A stretch of DNA of 64,000 nt from Lama glama (lineage: Eukaryota), in contig CM052817.1 in the NCBI GenBank assembly GCA_028534125.1, positions 34,908,001 through 34,972,000 of the forward strand, given 5' to 3'. The notes beneath the pieces are model-generated. The model did no database searches. It was not told where the DNA came from and was given only the letters and a program-made list of their open reading frames with translations. Of the stretch, positions 40,623-53,002 are shown piece after piece. The translations under genes were made by a program, and so were the position numbers. Within the stretch, counting starts at the first letter, position 1. Each line of letters starts with the position of its first letter.

Positions 40623-43600
40623 CCAGGGCATTTTTGCAATATCACCTTGAGCCCCTTATCTCACAGGCCATACTTTCTACCCACCCCTTGTCCCCGTCTT
40701 GTCCCAGCACACTTCAAGGTGGCCTCCTGATTACATACCCAGGGACCTGTGCAGACTCTTCAGCCCCTGAAGCTCAAGACCTTGACATTTGCCTAGATTC
40801 CTTCCACTCCTTCCCTCCTAGAGACTTGTCCCTCACAAGCCTTGCCCTTTCTTCCTCTGTAATATTTCTCACATTTCCCTCAGACCTTTATCTCATCATT
40901 AAAACAATCTCTTGTCCTAAATAATAGTATTTTCTCCACCATTCACCATTCCATCCTTTACTACCCAGATTAACATTCCCCAAACTAGCTTCATAATGCA
41001 ATTTCCCAGTTTAAAAAATGTTCAATAATTCTTCATTATATATTGGATAAAACTCAAGCTCTAAAATCTAACATTTGGAGAGTCTTTTAGTAACTGGACA
41101 TCACTTTTCCTTTCCAGTCTTGTCATCATCTGACCACTGTGCTCATCCCTGTTCCCATCAGATCGCTGCCTTTGTTATTACTGAAGCAATCATTATGTTT
41201 CCACATAAACATCTTTCCCATCATGTTATCCCCTCTCCTCCTTTTCTCCCCTCCTTAAATCTCTCTCTTGCATGTGCTCTCTCTCTCTCTCTTTTTTTTT
41301 TTAATACTCAAGGTCTTATCTAACTATAATAGCAACCATTGGTGAGAATTTAATGTTTTCCCTAATTTCCACACATCTTCTGGTTTGGAAGGACAATTAC
41401 AAAAACAAGACACACCAAAAACTGATTAGGGAATCAGTGATGACCTCACTATCCACCCACAACCTGGAAATGGACGGGAGGGAGAAGGGAATCTCCACAT
41501 CAAAGGAGACGAAGGAAAGACCAAGGAAAGTATTGGCAGTCTCTGCATTTCCATTCAGAATGGATGGACCTGGGCCACTGGTGGCACTGGTACAGGAAAG
41601 AGCATTTTTAAAAAATTATATAAAATATTTAAAAGATGCTTAAAATGAACACCTGAATATGCGAGTGTCCTCTAGGCTCTGCAAGACGCCTTTAAGGTTA
41701 ACCCCTGTGGGAGCAGAGGGTCTCCTCAACCAGGTGGAAAGAGATGGGCTCCATCTTCAGGTGAGGGAGAGGCAGTGGCTCACAGCCCTCAGTGATTGGG
41801 ATACAGACCTCAGGAGCAGGATGGCCCACCTGCACAGCCTGCCCCTTATCTCGACAGTGTTCCTCCCCAACCCTCCTGGCTTCAGGCGAAAAGTACTTTT
41901 GATCTGGGCTCGGGGTTTTGCTTTGTTTTGTTTTATTTTAACATTAAAATCGAGAGGAAAGGGGTACTCTGGAGCAAGAATGTGTATTCTGTGCTAGATT
42001 CATGGAATTCTCTAAGTTTGAAGTGTCCAGGGATTTGGATTTTAAGCACAGGCCGGAGTTCCCTTTGGAAATTTCATTGTGGCCAAATGATTACCAAGCA
42101 TCGCAACATCTCTCTGCCAGCCTCCCACTCTTGGAAAGGGGGCAGGGTGAGAGTTTAAATAGCCTGGAAAATGTGTTTCATCTTGGTAACATTTTCCACT
42201 GGGCATTCACACTGGCTAGTTTGCCAGGGCTGTGCTACAGGTCATCTGAACAGGGACTCTAAAGGCTTCTCCTAAATCTAAGCCTTGTCAAAAGGTATCT
42301 ATCTCCAGCACCAGCCCACAGAAAGAAATTTAAATTCCAGAGGGTGGGAAAGGTGACCTGAAGGATTTTTTTTTTAATCTAGTATGTATCAATCATCCTT
42401 AGAGTCTTCAGTAAGAAATGGAGGTCAAGACCTGGGAGTTGAGGGGGAGGGATGTGTAACCATGCCACCTTCAAAATCCAGACAGAAATTGCACTCTCAA
42501 AGAAAGAATGCTTCTTTAAAAAAAAAAAAAAAAGACCACCCCCTCCCAGATGTTGTTTCTAGAATTAACAAGCTGCTCAGGGTATATTTGGTAGCTGTGG
42601 CACTGATGATGTGGGCAAGTGAATAGGTTTCACAGGTTAATATATAGCTGTGCATATGCATGTAGCCCAGAAATGTGTGGAGAAGGGGAAGTTCTGAACC
42701 AGGTAGAGAAAGGCAGTAGGGCCTCCTCTCTAAAAGGGGGTGCAAAGGGCTGAGAGCCCTGGCCGCAAACAGCCAAGATACCTGATATCTTATCAAGCAT
42801 TACAGATGGTGAGAATGGAAAAAGATTCCGTTTCTGGGATTTGCTGCCAACACCATGAGCCCCTTAACACAGTTGCTTTGATTCAAAGCAGATGATCGTT
42901 ATGCACTGGCTGAGTGGTGGACTCTGGAGTGAAGCCCACACAACCAGTGGGCTGCATTCTAATGGAAATATTTGCACTGGGACAGTAATGTCTGAGAGTC
43001 CCAAAGAGCTGGTAACCCAAAGGAAGAAAAAAAAAAAAAGACCATCTGTTTTGACTCCATCTCAAAATCAGAAGGAAAACCAAAATTCATTTGAAGGTGC
43101 TTTAAACATGAGTTCATGGCTTGTGAAAGAAGTACCCCTTTTTTTTTTTTAACAAGCTGCCTCAACAGCAATGCTTCTAACTCAAGCATACCCTAAAGCA
43201 AGCAAGGCTACAGATAAGAATATGGGATGAAGAGACAGAGTATAAATCCAAACAGGAATTTGCATCTTTAATCTGAAATCTCTAAAAACTTGGTTGGGCA
43301 TGGATGCCAGAAACATAGTAGCCGTTCACTAAGAATGTTTGGAACTGGCAAGCCTCATCTAAGTTTGTTTTGAGGTTGAAGGCAGGACTTGTTCTCTTTA
43401 AGAACACATTTCCATTAGGAAGCCCAGGACAAGGGCCCCATGGAATTAACCTGCACACTGGATGTAGAGGAGCAATCAAGCACAGATCGACATTTCTAAT
43501 TCCCAGATGTTCCTGACTTTATTGAGAAGTGGCTACTTCGGTGGGAAAGCTGACTCAAGTCTAAGCTAGTGGGCTGGAGGGACCCAGCATTGATTCTGGT

Positions 43601-43946
43601 GGGGGCCTGACTTCCAGATACTACCATCTATTTCACCCTGAATCTGAACTGTTAACTTTTCTTCAGCCCAGGAACCTAACATCTAAATCACATTTGCTCC
43701 CTTTGCTTGACAATCCTAACTCCAATGAAATCAGCTTTAGTGGCTCAGCTGGCAGGATTCAATTCCCTTTCTCTGTCAATTCCTGCTCAAGGAGATGGCA
43801 AATAATTGAGTCTCAGAGACACCAAGCCAAGGACTAGCAAATAAGCATCTTTGGGAGGCTGGTAGTTACACAGACAACATAGCTCTCAGTATATCATCTA
43901 GCTTAAACCTACCCATGTTGACCTGGTTTCATTCTCTGTTGGGAAT

Positions 43947-44165
43947 GCAGTGGTTTTAAGATATATCCATCAATTCTTTGCTACTGCTCCTTTCAGTAGG
44001 TGGAGTATAATTCTCCTCTCCTTGAATGTAGGCTGGCTGAGTGGCTTGCTTCAAAGGAATAGATGATGATGATGATGATGATGACGATGATGATGATGAT
44101 GATGATGATGATGACGATGACGACGACGACAATGATGACAGTGATTAAGGAAGAAGTGACAGTGG
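43947..44165 (+). mobile_element. MLT1-family LTR 5' fragment interrupted by a trinucleotide repeat
   Basis: tggttttaagatatatccatcaattctttg...ggtggagtataattctcctctccttgaatgtaggctgg...gaataga[repeat]gaagtgacagtg. Confidence 0.6.
44062..44139. repeat. Compound (GAT)n/(GAC)n microsatellite, ~26 units
   Basis: Directly visible. Confidence 0.97.
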
Positions 44166-44381
44166 GTGCACAGCCTGCCAATAGCCACAAAGAGAGCACT
44201 TGGAATTGATCTCTCCCTCTTTTCTATGTGTCCAAGTTTTAGTTGTTTCAAGGTTCAACTCCAAGTTCCATCTGCACCGTGAAACTTGAGTGGTTGCTCT
44301 TGTCTTCAGAGGATATTTTTTTTTCTTTTATGAATTCCTGAGACACTTATTCTGTGCCATCAACTGGTACTGAAACAGATA

Positions 44382-44824
44382 TGTATCAGTTTGCTAGGAC
44401 TGCAGTAACAAAGTAGCACAAATTGAGACACTCACTCAAACAACAGAAATTTATTGTCTGGAGGCTAGACATCTGAAGTCGAGGTGTTGGCTGGTTCCTT
44501 CCGAGGGCTGTGAGGAAGGACCTCTTTCCTGCTGCTCTCCTAACTTCTGGTGGTTTGCTGGCAGTGTTTGGCATCCATTGTAGATGGCATTCTCCCTATG
44601 TCTTCATATTGTCCTTCCTCTGTATGTGTCTCTTTCTCTTCACAGAATGTGCTCTTTTTATAAGTACACCAGGCATATCAGATTAGGGGCCAATATGACA
44701 CCAGTATGACTTCATCTTAACCAACTACAACTACAATGACCTTATTTCCAAATGAGGTCACGTTCTGAGGTGGTTAGGACTTCAACATATGAATTTTGGG
44801 CAGGACACCCTTCAACCCATAACA
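44382..44824 (-). mobile_element. ERVL-MaLR solo LTR (MLT1C-like)
   Basis: tgtatcagtttgctaggactgcagtaacaaag start, caacagaaatttattg, ttcaacccataaca end. Confidence 0.8.
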
Positions 44825-45465
44825 GTGTATAGAGTTTTATCCCAAAGCACTCACTTACATTCAGCAAAATGCTCTCAGCCAAGAAATATAAAAATGGAAA
44901 GGAAAAACACAATCTGAATAATCTAAATGGCTTTGCCCACTGTTTTGCTTTATGCTCCCCAGAGGAAATTGAGACGGAAGATGAAATTCTGCCGCTCGCT
45001 CAGTCAGACGCAATTTCCTTCTGCCTGTTGGAAACTCAGCATCTAGTCACTTAGAATGTGATCTAGTGTTTAAAAACATGTATTCTATAATATATGATAT
45101 TTGCCCTGTAGGCTGGCTTTATAATCTCACTTCCAATGAGATGCTATCTTACATTTTGCTGGGCTGCTCTAGTTCATTATACATCAATGGCAGAATAATG
45201 CGTTTACATTACATTGAATTCTTTCACTTGTACCTGGACAGCCTTCTCCATCCCTCTCCCACCCCAGCTATATCTAAACAAATAAACACAGATGGAAAGT
45301 TCTCAGCTTTTAAGTGAAACAAAAAGGGAGGGAGTATGGGAGAAAGAAAGGAGGAAACAAAAATGAAAAACCTTTCTGCAAGGGTAAGGCTCCGTAGGAT
45401 GTATGACATGGCGGTTTATCTTCCTGCTCACCCAGACTAAATAAAAAATGTCAAAACTAGGGGAG

Positions 45466-45930
45466 TGTGGTGGGTTGAATGATAGCCCCCCACACCCATT
45501 AGATATATGTCCACATCCTAATCCTTAGAACCAGCAAATGTTACCTTATTTGAGAAAAGGCTCTTAGCAGATGTAAGTCAGTTAAGGACCTTGAGATGAG
45601 GGGACCATCTGGATTTTCTGGATGGATCCTAAATCCAATGATAAGTGTCTTTACACAAGACACACAGGGAAGATTTGACTAATACAGAGAGATGGAGGCA
45701 GAAGCTGGAGTGATGTTACAAGCCAAGGAAGCCGCCAAAGAATGCCATTGGTCACCAGAGGCTGGAAGAGGCAAGGAAGGCCTCTCCCCAGAGCCTCTAG
45801 GGGGAGGGCAGCCCTCATGTCACCTTGATTTTAGACTTCTGGTCTCCAGAACTGTGAGAGGATACATTTCTGTTGAGTAAAGCCACCCAGTTTGTGATCA
45901 TTTATAATGGCAGCCAGAGGAAACTAAAAG
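45466..45930 (+). mobile_element. ERVL-MaLR solo LTR (MLT1C/D-like)
   Basis: tgtggtgggttgaatgatagcccc start, gttaccttatttgagaaaagg, ccagaactgtgag, ggcagccagaggaaactaa end. Confidence 0.8.
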
Positions 45931-46302
45931 TAGAGGAGCGACTAGATGGACTGAATAGGATCAGTACCAAAAAACAGAGACTAGGAAACCCCTGCCGTGC
46001 ACATCGCACGCACCGAGCAAGCAAGTGCCAAGGGCCCTCTGGGAGACAGGGTAGTCTGTGCACATATAGCCCTGTGTCTAGGCGCTTTCACAGCTGTCTT
46101 TCTCATTACCGTCTGGAGAGGACTGCACATTTGTAGCAGCCAGCAAATAGCTTGTTGATGTCCAGCATGAATAATGCGTATCTGTACCCACAGAGTTTGC
46201 TCAGCCTGGAACTGATGCAGCCTGCTGGCGGACCTGTCATGAAGTAATGAAGATGAGTGGAGCAAAGCAGCTACCGCTGGTTACGGTGAAACTACATGCA
46301 AC

Positions 46303-46973
46303 TGTTACCAAATTCAAGTTCGGCTGCTCGTCACTCAAGAGTCCAATACTGAGAGACAAGTGTTGGATAAAAGGAAAGGCAGCTTTCTTGCGGAAGCTGG
46401 CAAGCCTGGGGAGGAAGTGGACTCATGTTCCAAGGAACCAACTCCCTGCTTCCAATCGGGGGCAAGAGTTTTAAAGGGGAGTTTCAGGACTGAATAGGCA
46501 GAGGGAGGGGACTACATGCAGAACAGCATAGACAGCTCCAACAGTCATCTTGAAATTGGTCATGCAGTGGTCCGATGCAAGTGACATCTTGGTTGTTTTA
46601 AGTACAGTTACTCTTCAGTTCCAGAGTCAGGTTGTTCCCATTTCCTTGAGGCTAATTCTTGAAATTGTGTAAGACGGAGCAGCTTATGTCGTGGCTACAG
46701 TCTGGTCATTACATAGTTAATTTCCATTTGATGAGGGTTTCAGTATCTATAAAACAGCTCAAAGAATATGGCTCAAAATATTATCTATAGCTCTTGAGGA
46801 GGAAAAATTGTTTTGTCTTATTTGACTGTTTTCTTTTGTTTCTGCATTTTCTTATTTCTCTGATTAAATTTATCCTTTGGCTAAAGTTTTCCTACTGACC
46901 AGAGCCAGGCAGAGGACATGGTGGTGGGGGATGTCTGTTCTGGGAACGCCCCGTAGGGTCCTGCTCCGTTACA
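46303..46973 (-). mobile_element. ERV1-type solo LTR (~670 bp)
   Basis: TG...CA termini with short inverted repeat (tgttac.../...gttaca); 4-bp flanks caac/gaac consistent with a TSD carrying one mismatch. Confidence 0.7.
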
Positions 46974-47446
46974 GAACCAGCTCAAGATTTCCTATGGAGC
47001 AAGACAATAAAAAATACTCCACCAAAAACAACTCTACTGCTGTTAGCCCCTTCAGGGCTACATGGTGCCCCCAGTCCCTGGGCTTTTGGGGTTCCTGCAG
47101 AGTAGTTAGGTTGCTTCTTACCTTTTCCCATTGCTGACTGGGATTCAAATTTTTCAAGGCTGAGAAGTCAATTTCTAGCTGTCCAGCTGCTTGCCAGTCA
47201 CCAAATTTTATTGCTCTTCTCTCCTCTACCATTCACTTTGTTCTCAAGCCTTTTTAAGTGTATCTTTAAAATTCCTTTACTGATATTTTAGGATGAAGGA
47301 GGCAGGGAGAGAGTCTGAAGCTAATATATACATTTAACTTGCTCTCTCTAATTAGAAAGATGCAAAATTTTTATCTGAAGATTTGTACCTTGATTCAGTT
47401 CTGGGAAACTCTTAACAATGATCTCTTTAAACATTTCTTCTCTGAT

Positions 47447-47985
47447 GAATTAGTTTTCTCTTCCTACAGTAACAATCACCATAAACTTAGCAGCTTAAGA
47501 CAACACAAATTTATTATCTCATAGTTCTGTAGGGCAAAAGTCCAGGTGGGCTCTGCTGCCAAAATCAAGGTATCAGCACCCTGGGCTTGTATCTGCAGGT
47601 AAGAGAGCAGGGGAAGAAATCTGCTTCCACGCTCACTCAGGTTATTGGCAGGAATTCAGTTTCCTGTTGCTGGAGGGCTGAGGTCCACAATTCCCTGCTG
47701 GCTGTTAATCTCCCTGAGCTCTCCTAGGATCCCTGCATTCCCCATCACACTGCACCCTCCATCGTCCAACCAGCAACAGCCGTCAAGTCCTGCTCGCACA
47801 TCTCTGCTTGTAAGGGTTTGTGCAAATGCATTGGACCCACCTGGAAAATCTCGGACACTCCCTATTTCAAGGCCTTTAACTACCTTAATTATATCTGCAA
47901 AGTCTCTTTTGCCATGAAATGTAACCTATATTCATAGGTTCCAGGGATTTGGATCTGGACATCTTTGCGGAGTCTGCCTACTACA
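47447..47985 (-). mobile_element. ERVL-MaLR solo LTR (MLT1D/E-like)
   Basis: caccataaacttagcagcttaagacaacacaaatttattatctcatagttctgtagg; ends ctgcctactaca. Confidence 0.75.
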
Positions 47986-48293
47986 GCCACTATCCCTTCT
48001 TCTGCCTTCCTCGAGTCTCTGAAGCTATTGTCTGTATTTCTTAACTGCTTTTAAAATATATTTTATTTCTTTGTCTGCACTGGGTTCTAGGTAAATTCTC
48101 TCTTTTTTTTTCTAATTCTTTTAACTGTGCCTAATCTACAGTTCATTCCACCTGATAATTTTTTTTAATTTTGATGACTATATTTTTAATTTCCAAATCT
48201 TCTGTTTGGTTCCCTTTCATATACATCTGTTCTTGTTTCATTTAATAATTCATATTCTTTCTGATAGCAGTGATTCCTTCCATCTGTCTAGAC

Positions 48294-48509
48294 CAGTGGT
48301 TCTCCACCAGCGGTGATTTTGCCTCCTGAAGGAACAGCTGGCAATGTCTGCGGAGATTTTTGGTTGTCACAACTTGGCAGATGCTACTGGCATCTAGTGG
48401 GTGGAAGCCAGGAATGCCACTAAGCATTCTGCAATACACAGGACAGGTCCTCTGAGACAAAGCATTTTTCAGCCCAAAATGTCAAAAGTACTTAGGTTGA
48501 GAAACCTTG
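48294..48509 (+). mobile_element. MER20 (hAT-Charlie MITE), full length
   Basis: TIRs cagtggttctc / gagaaaccttg; 8-bp TSD gtctagac (48286-48293) vs atctagat (48510-48517), the NTCTAGAN Charlie target. Confidence 0.9.
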
Positions 48510-49849
48510 ATCTAGATCATGTTACACATACTCATTTTAAAGGTTTCATCAGACTCTTCAAGTACAGAGAATTCATGTTTTGATGTTTTATTTTGTTGAC
48601 GGTCTTCATTAGCACTGGATTTCTTCATTGTTTTTGATTTGCAAGCTCATTTTCAGTGAAAGGTTATTTCTTTTTCTCTCTGCATCTGGCTTTCCCTCAT
48701 CTTAATTGTCAGTTCTGAGGGTGGCCCCACCAGGATTGCCCCACAATTCAGAGCTCCTGTCATCTGGTGGTTTTGGAGAGCTAGAGAGCCCAGAGCAGGC
48801 TCAGTTTCTGTTTCCTTCTGTCTCCAGCCCTACCACTTGCTCAGAGACCTAGGACCTGGGGGGTGTGCACAGGGATCTCGACCTTAGACCTTGGAGTCAG
48901 TCCAGCTGTGAGTCTGACTCTGGTCTTCCATGTTACCTGGAGCAAAACTGGCCTGTAACTTCAGGGTCCCACTCACCTTTCTGAATTTCTTTGATTTTGG
49001 TTTTTACATTTTCTAATTCCTATGTGTTTGGGGCAAAGAGAAGCCAGCCAAAGTGTCATCTGGACTGGATGGCTATTGCATAGCCACTTTGCTATGATAC
49101 GAATTTATTTTTGGCTCAAAAAAGATATTTGTCACATCAGCAAAAATGTGTTTAATTTTACCCGTTCAAGACTACAAAAACCATCTACAGAACCTAACTC
49201 ATTGCCTCCTAGAAATTCCATAAAACAACTTACTAAAGCACGTGGGAAAATAGACAAGGCACACACAATGGAAAAATGGGTACAAAGTTATTCACAACCC
49301 ACAGAGCAGTTAAGTGATAATGCAAAGATGGAAGAACATTTTCAGAATGGAAGTCCTACTCGGGAGAGTAGTACACAAAAAAGGAGGAAACAAGCTCCTC
49401 TCTGATCATCGAAAAGTTTTCACGGAAGAAATGCAATTCTAGGATTTGACCATGTGTTTTCTGTATGTGAGCAAGCTCTCTGTAACAAGTTGATTTACAT
49501 TTAATTCCATTCACAAATGTTTATTGTGGTTGGTGTTAGAAAAACATAGCTGAGTAAAATAATCTCTGACTCAAGGAATTCACAGTTGTGGGGGGGTGGC
49601 AGGGAGAGACATACAAATAAATAATTACGTTTTGACGACTTGAGTTATAACTCATGGGATCAAAATACAATGTTTTACTCATCGTAATGGAATAAGTATA
49701 ATATAAGGGTCTGCACATCTTTATGGGGGCATGGGTGTGGGAGCAACAGTTAATGGTATTGGGTGCTTGTCAGGGAACGTTGCAACGGCAATTGGAATAT
49801 TTAAGCTGGAGTTTACGTGGTGAGTTGGCGTGCACCTAGCAGGTGAAGG

Positions 49850-50550
49850 CTAAGCCGCCGCAGGAACCAGGGCTGGGCAGCGTTTTAACCCCGCGCCCGG
49901 AAGGTCAAGGCACCCGACGAAGAGGAGGCCCCCATCTTTGACACCCGCTGAGGTTCGGGGTGTGCCGGCCGCCAGGGGGCGCCGTGGCCCCGCGCGGTAG
50001 GGGCCGTTGCGTTTCCGGGCACCGGGGCCCAGCGCCGCCATCGCTGTCCCGCGCGTCCCCGCCGCCCGCGGCGAATCGTCTGCGGCTCCCGTTACCGGGG
50101 CAACCGCGGCGCCTCCTCCGCGCCGGCCCGGATCGTCTGTCCGCGCCATTTTCAAACTGTCCTGGCTCCGGAGCCGGTTTCTGGGGCGGAAGGAGCCGGC
50201 GAGGGAGGCGCAAGGGGCGATGCGACTGCAGGCGGAGGGAGCGGCGGCCGGGGCTTCGGGTGAGCGCGCCGCGGGGCGGGAGGGCCGGGCGGGGCGGCGC
50301 CTCCGCCTCCCGGGCGGTTCCCGCGGGCCGGGCCCGGGCGCTGCCGGGAGGGCGGCCGCGCGGCCGCGGGAGGAAGTGGGGCCCGGGCGGGCGGGAGACT
50401 CCCTGCCGGCCCCGCTGCCGACGCCCGCTTCCCTTCAACACCCGACCGTGGAGCTGCGGCCCGGAGGTCGGCCTGGGGCTGCGGGAGCCCGGGGTTCCTC
50501 CTGCCCCGCTCTCCACGGGCGTCGGTGCGGTCCCTGCAGCCCGCCTGCTA
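49850..50550 (+). promoter_or_regulatory. CEP135: CpG-island promoter of CEP135 (GC boxes, ETS CCGGAAG 49897-49903, X-box 50091-50104, YY1 50144-50152, CHR 50151-50156)
   Basis: Abrupt GC/CpG-rich block ~2.5 kb upstream of the first coding exon; motifs read directly. Confidence 0.9.
50150..50259 (+). other. CEP135: Probable CEP135 non-coding exon 1 (start approximate)
   Basis: Consensus donor cgg|gtgagc at 50259/50260 inside the CpG island; exon 2 has a good acceptor upstream of its ATG, so an upstream exon is required. TSS cannot be fixed from sequence. Confidence 0.7.
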
Positions 50551-51694
50551 CTGACTGATGGGTTGATTTAAAAGTTAAAATGCCTTCTTCCTGTAAGAAT
50601 CGTACAGACTCTTGATAAAAATAAAAGTGCCCCAAAGCGTAGGACGAGAACCATTTACTAACTTCTGGCCGGCACCTTAGTAAACATCCCCTGTGCCTTC
50701 CACTCTTTACTACTTTTAGTTCGATAAGGAAGGACTCCGAGATAACCTCAGTTAAGGTTGGTTTGGAGTTTTGGTTTTTTTGTTGTTGTTTATTTGTTTA
50801 GCCTCTGTGCATGTATATACACAGGATACTTTTGTAAAAGTAAGATGTACTAGCTTTCAGACATCAACCCCCCCAGAGTTAAGCAGGTGGATCGTTCTAA
50901 ATAAGTATGCGTGGAGGATCTCCAAACCTAACCTTTTATGTTGCTTTGCTGGAAGCTTTCAGGATAGTCATAATGTTTGGATGGTGGGGGTGGGGGGTTG
51001 CGGGGGACAGCGGCTCATGGGTGGAGAAAGCATAATAGCATGTTTTTTGTCCTTCTTGGGAGGATTTTAATCTTCATCTGCCCTGTGTGTTGATGATTTT
51101 TTTGATTCATATTCATATTCTCTTCCTCAGAAAGATGGGAGGAAGTTTCATTTCTGGGTAAGCAAAGTTGGTATCAGACAAAAAAGGAGAAACGTTTCGG
51201 TGGTGAGGCCCTGCTAGTTCTTGGTTTGACAGGTGCGTTGCTGATGTCTCCAGGAGTTTCTCTTCAACACCCTGCATCAGTCAGGTCCCTCTTGTGGAAA
51301 GAACCTAGAAAGAACCTATTATAGAATGGGGACGCGATTCAGAGAAGAGGCTTGCATGAGTGTGGAGAAGGAAGTGTTTGTAGAAAGGAGTAATCAAACA
51401 GGTGCTAACCCACGAGTAATTTGGTAGGTTGAGGCGGCAGAGTACAGAAACCAGAGAAACCAGAGGATCAGGACTCAGGAGACCTGATTGCCCATCCCTT
51501 TGTGGCCCTGTGTTTTAAGAAAAGTTACTCTCTTGAGGCAGCCTTTCCTCATCTTTGAGGAAGGAGGATGTCCTCCGCCCTGTCTCCCTCATAGAGTAGT
51601 TGCCAGGATCCAGTTGTGCATGTGTTCATACAAATGCATGTCTTCTAAATTGGAGAGCATGAGTAGTATGCCTTTCGTGTGTGTGTGGTGTGTG

Positions 51695-52770
51695 GCTTTT
51701 TTTAATCTACGTAAAATTTATGTGGTGAAATGCACAGATCTTAAGTGTGCTATTTGAAAAGCTTTGGTAAATGTGTACACGGATGTAATCTCTATCCCCA
51801 TCAGCACAGTATTTTCAGAAAGTTGTCTCTTAGCCCTTCCAGTCAATCTCCACCACCCCACAGCTCTAGGTGACTGCTGTTCTAATTTCTGTTCACATAG
51901 TTTAATATTGCCTGTCCTTAAACTTCATATAAATGAAATCATACAGTACATGTATGTGGCTTCTATTGCTCAAGTGATGTTTTTAAAATTCATCCATGTG
52001 GTTGTATCATGGGTGTATAACTACTGATACACTTCCCTTTTATTCCTGAGTAGTATTACATTGTATAAATATGTATAGTTTATTTTTTCTTCTACTGTTG
52101 ATAGATGCATAGGTTGTTCCCCGTTTGGGGCTATTATGAATAAAGCTGCTATGAATATTCTTGTAGAGTCTCCTTGTAGATGTTTATTTTCATTTCCTTG
52201 AGTAAATACTTCGGAATAGAATTACAGAATCACAGGATAGAAGTATGCTTAACTTTATAAGAAACTGCCAGACTTTTTCCACAGGGATGTTACACTCCTG
52301 TCAGCAATGTGAAGATTCCAGTTACTCCAAATCCTTGGCAACATTTGGTATTGTGCCTTTAATTTTAGCCAGACTAGTATGGGCGAAGTTGTATCCCATG
52401 GTGGCTTAATTTGTGTTTCCCTGATGTCTTTTCACATGATTATTCTCATCACATATCTTTTGCAAATATTGGCCCGTTTTCTTATTCGATTGTCTTTATT
52501 ATTGAATCGTAAGAGTTCTTCCTATATTCCATGTACAAATCCTTTGTTAGATATTATGAGTATTTTCTCCTTTTGTTTTTATTTTGTCAAACAAAAGAGT
52601 GTATTTTGATGACTAGACATTTTAAATTTGAAGAAGTCCGATTTATCAAATTTTTCTTTTATATTTAATGCTGTTAAAAAAAGGCCTCTCAGTGTTCTCT
52701 GCCTATCTCCGGCTTTTTTTCCTTCTAGAAGCTTTATTGTTTTAACTTTGATGTACAGGTTTATGAGGAG
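51695..52770 (-). mobile_element. Old L1 (L1MD/ME-like) 3' fragment in CEP135 intron 1
   Basis: gtgaaatgcacagatcttaagtgt, ggctattatgaataaagctgctatgaatattc, aagaaactgccagacttttcc motifs. Confidence 0.75.
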
Positions 52771-53002
52771 ATACTTATTTTAGTGCAGCAACATAAATAT
52801 CATAAGCATTGGATTTAAATCTATCTTAATATTCCAGAAGGCTGCCTACCTGAAAAGAAACAAAAAAAAATTGCTTCATATTAAACGAATCTTTTCTTTT
52901 AGCATGAAATAATAATAATAGCTAATAATTGAATGATGTTTCACCCTTTTCTTTTAGGACTTTAATTTTTGGACGTGAATAAAACTAGTTTTGGAAGATA
53001 AG

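Noticed and set aside
43993..44251. Poly-His and poly-Ile ORFs
   Set aside because: Translations of the (GAT)n microsatellite.
49850..50635. Long overlapping ORFs (up to 203 aa) on both strands
   Set aside because: Arg/Gly/Pro/Ala-rich products expected from stop-codon scarcity in a CpG island; no recognisable domain.
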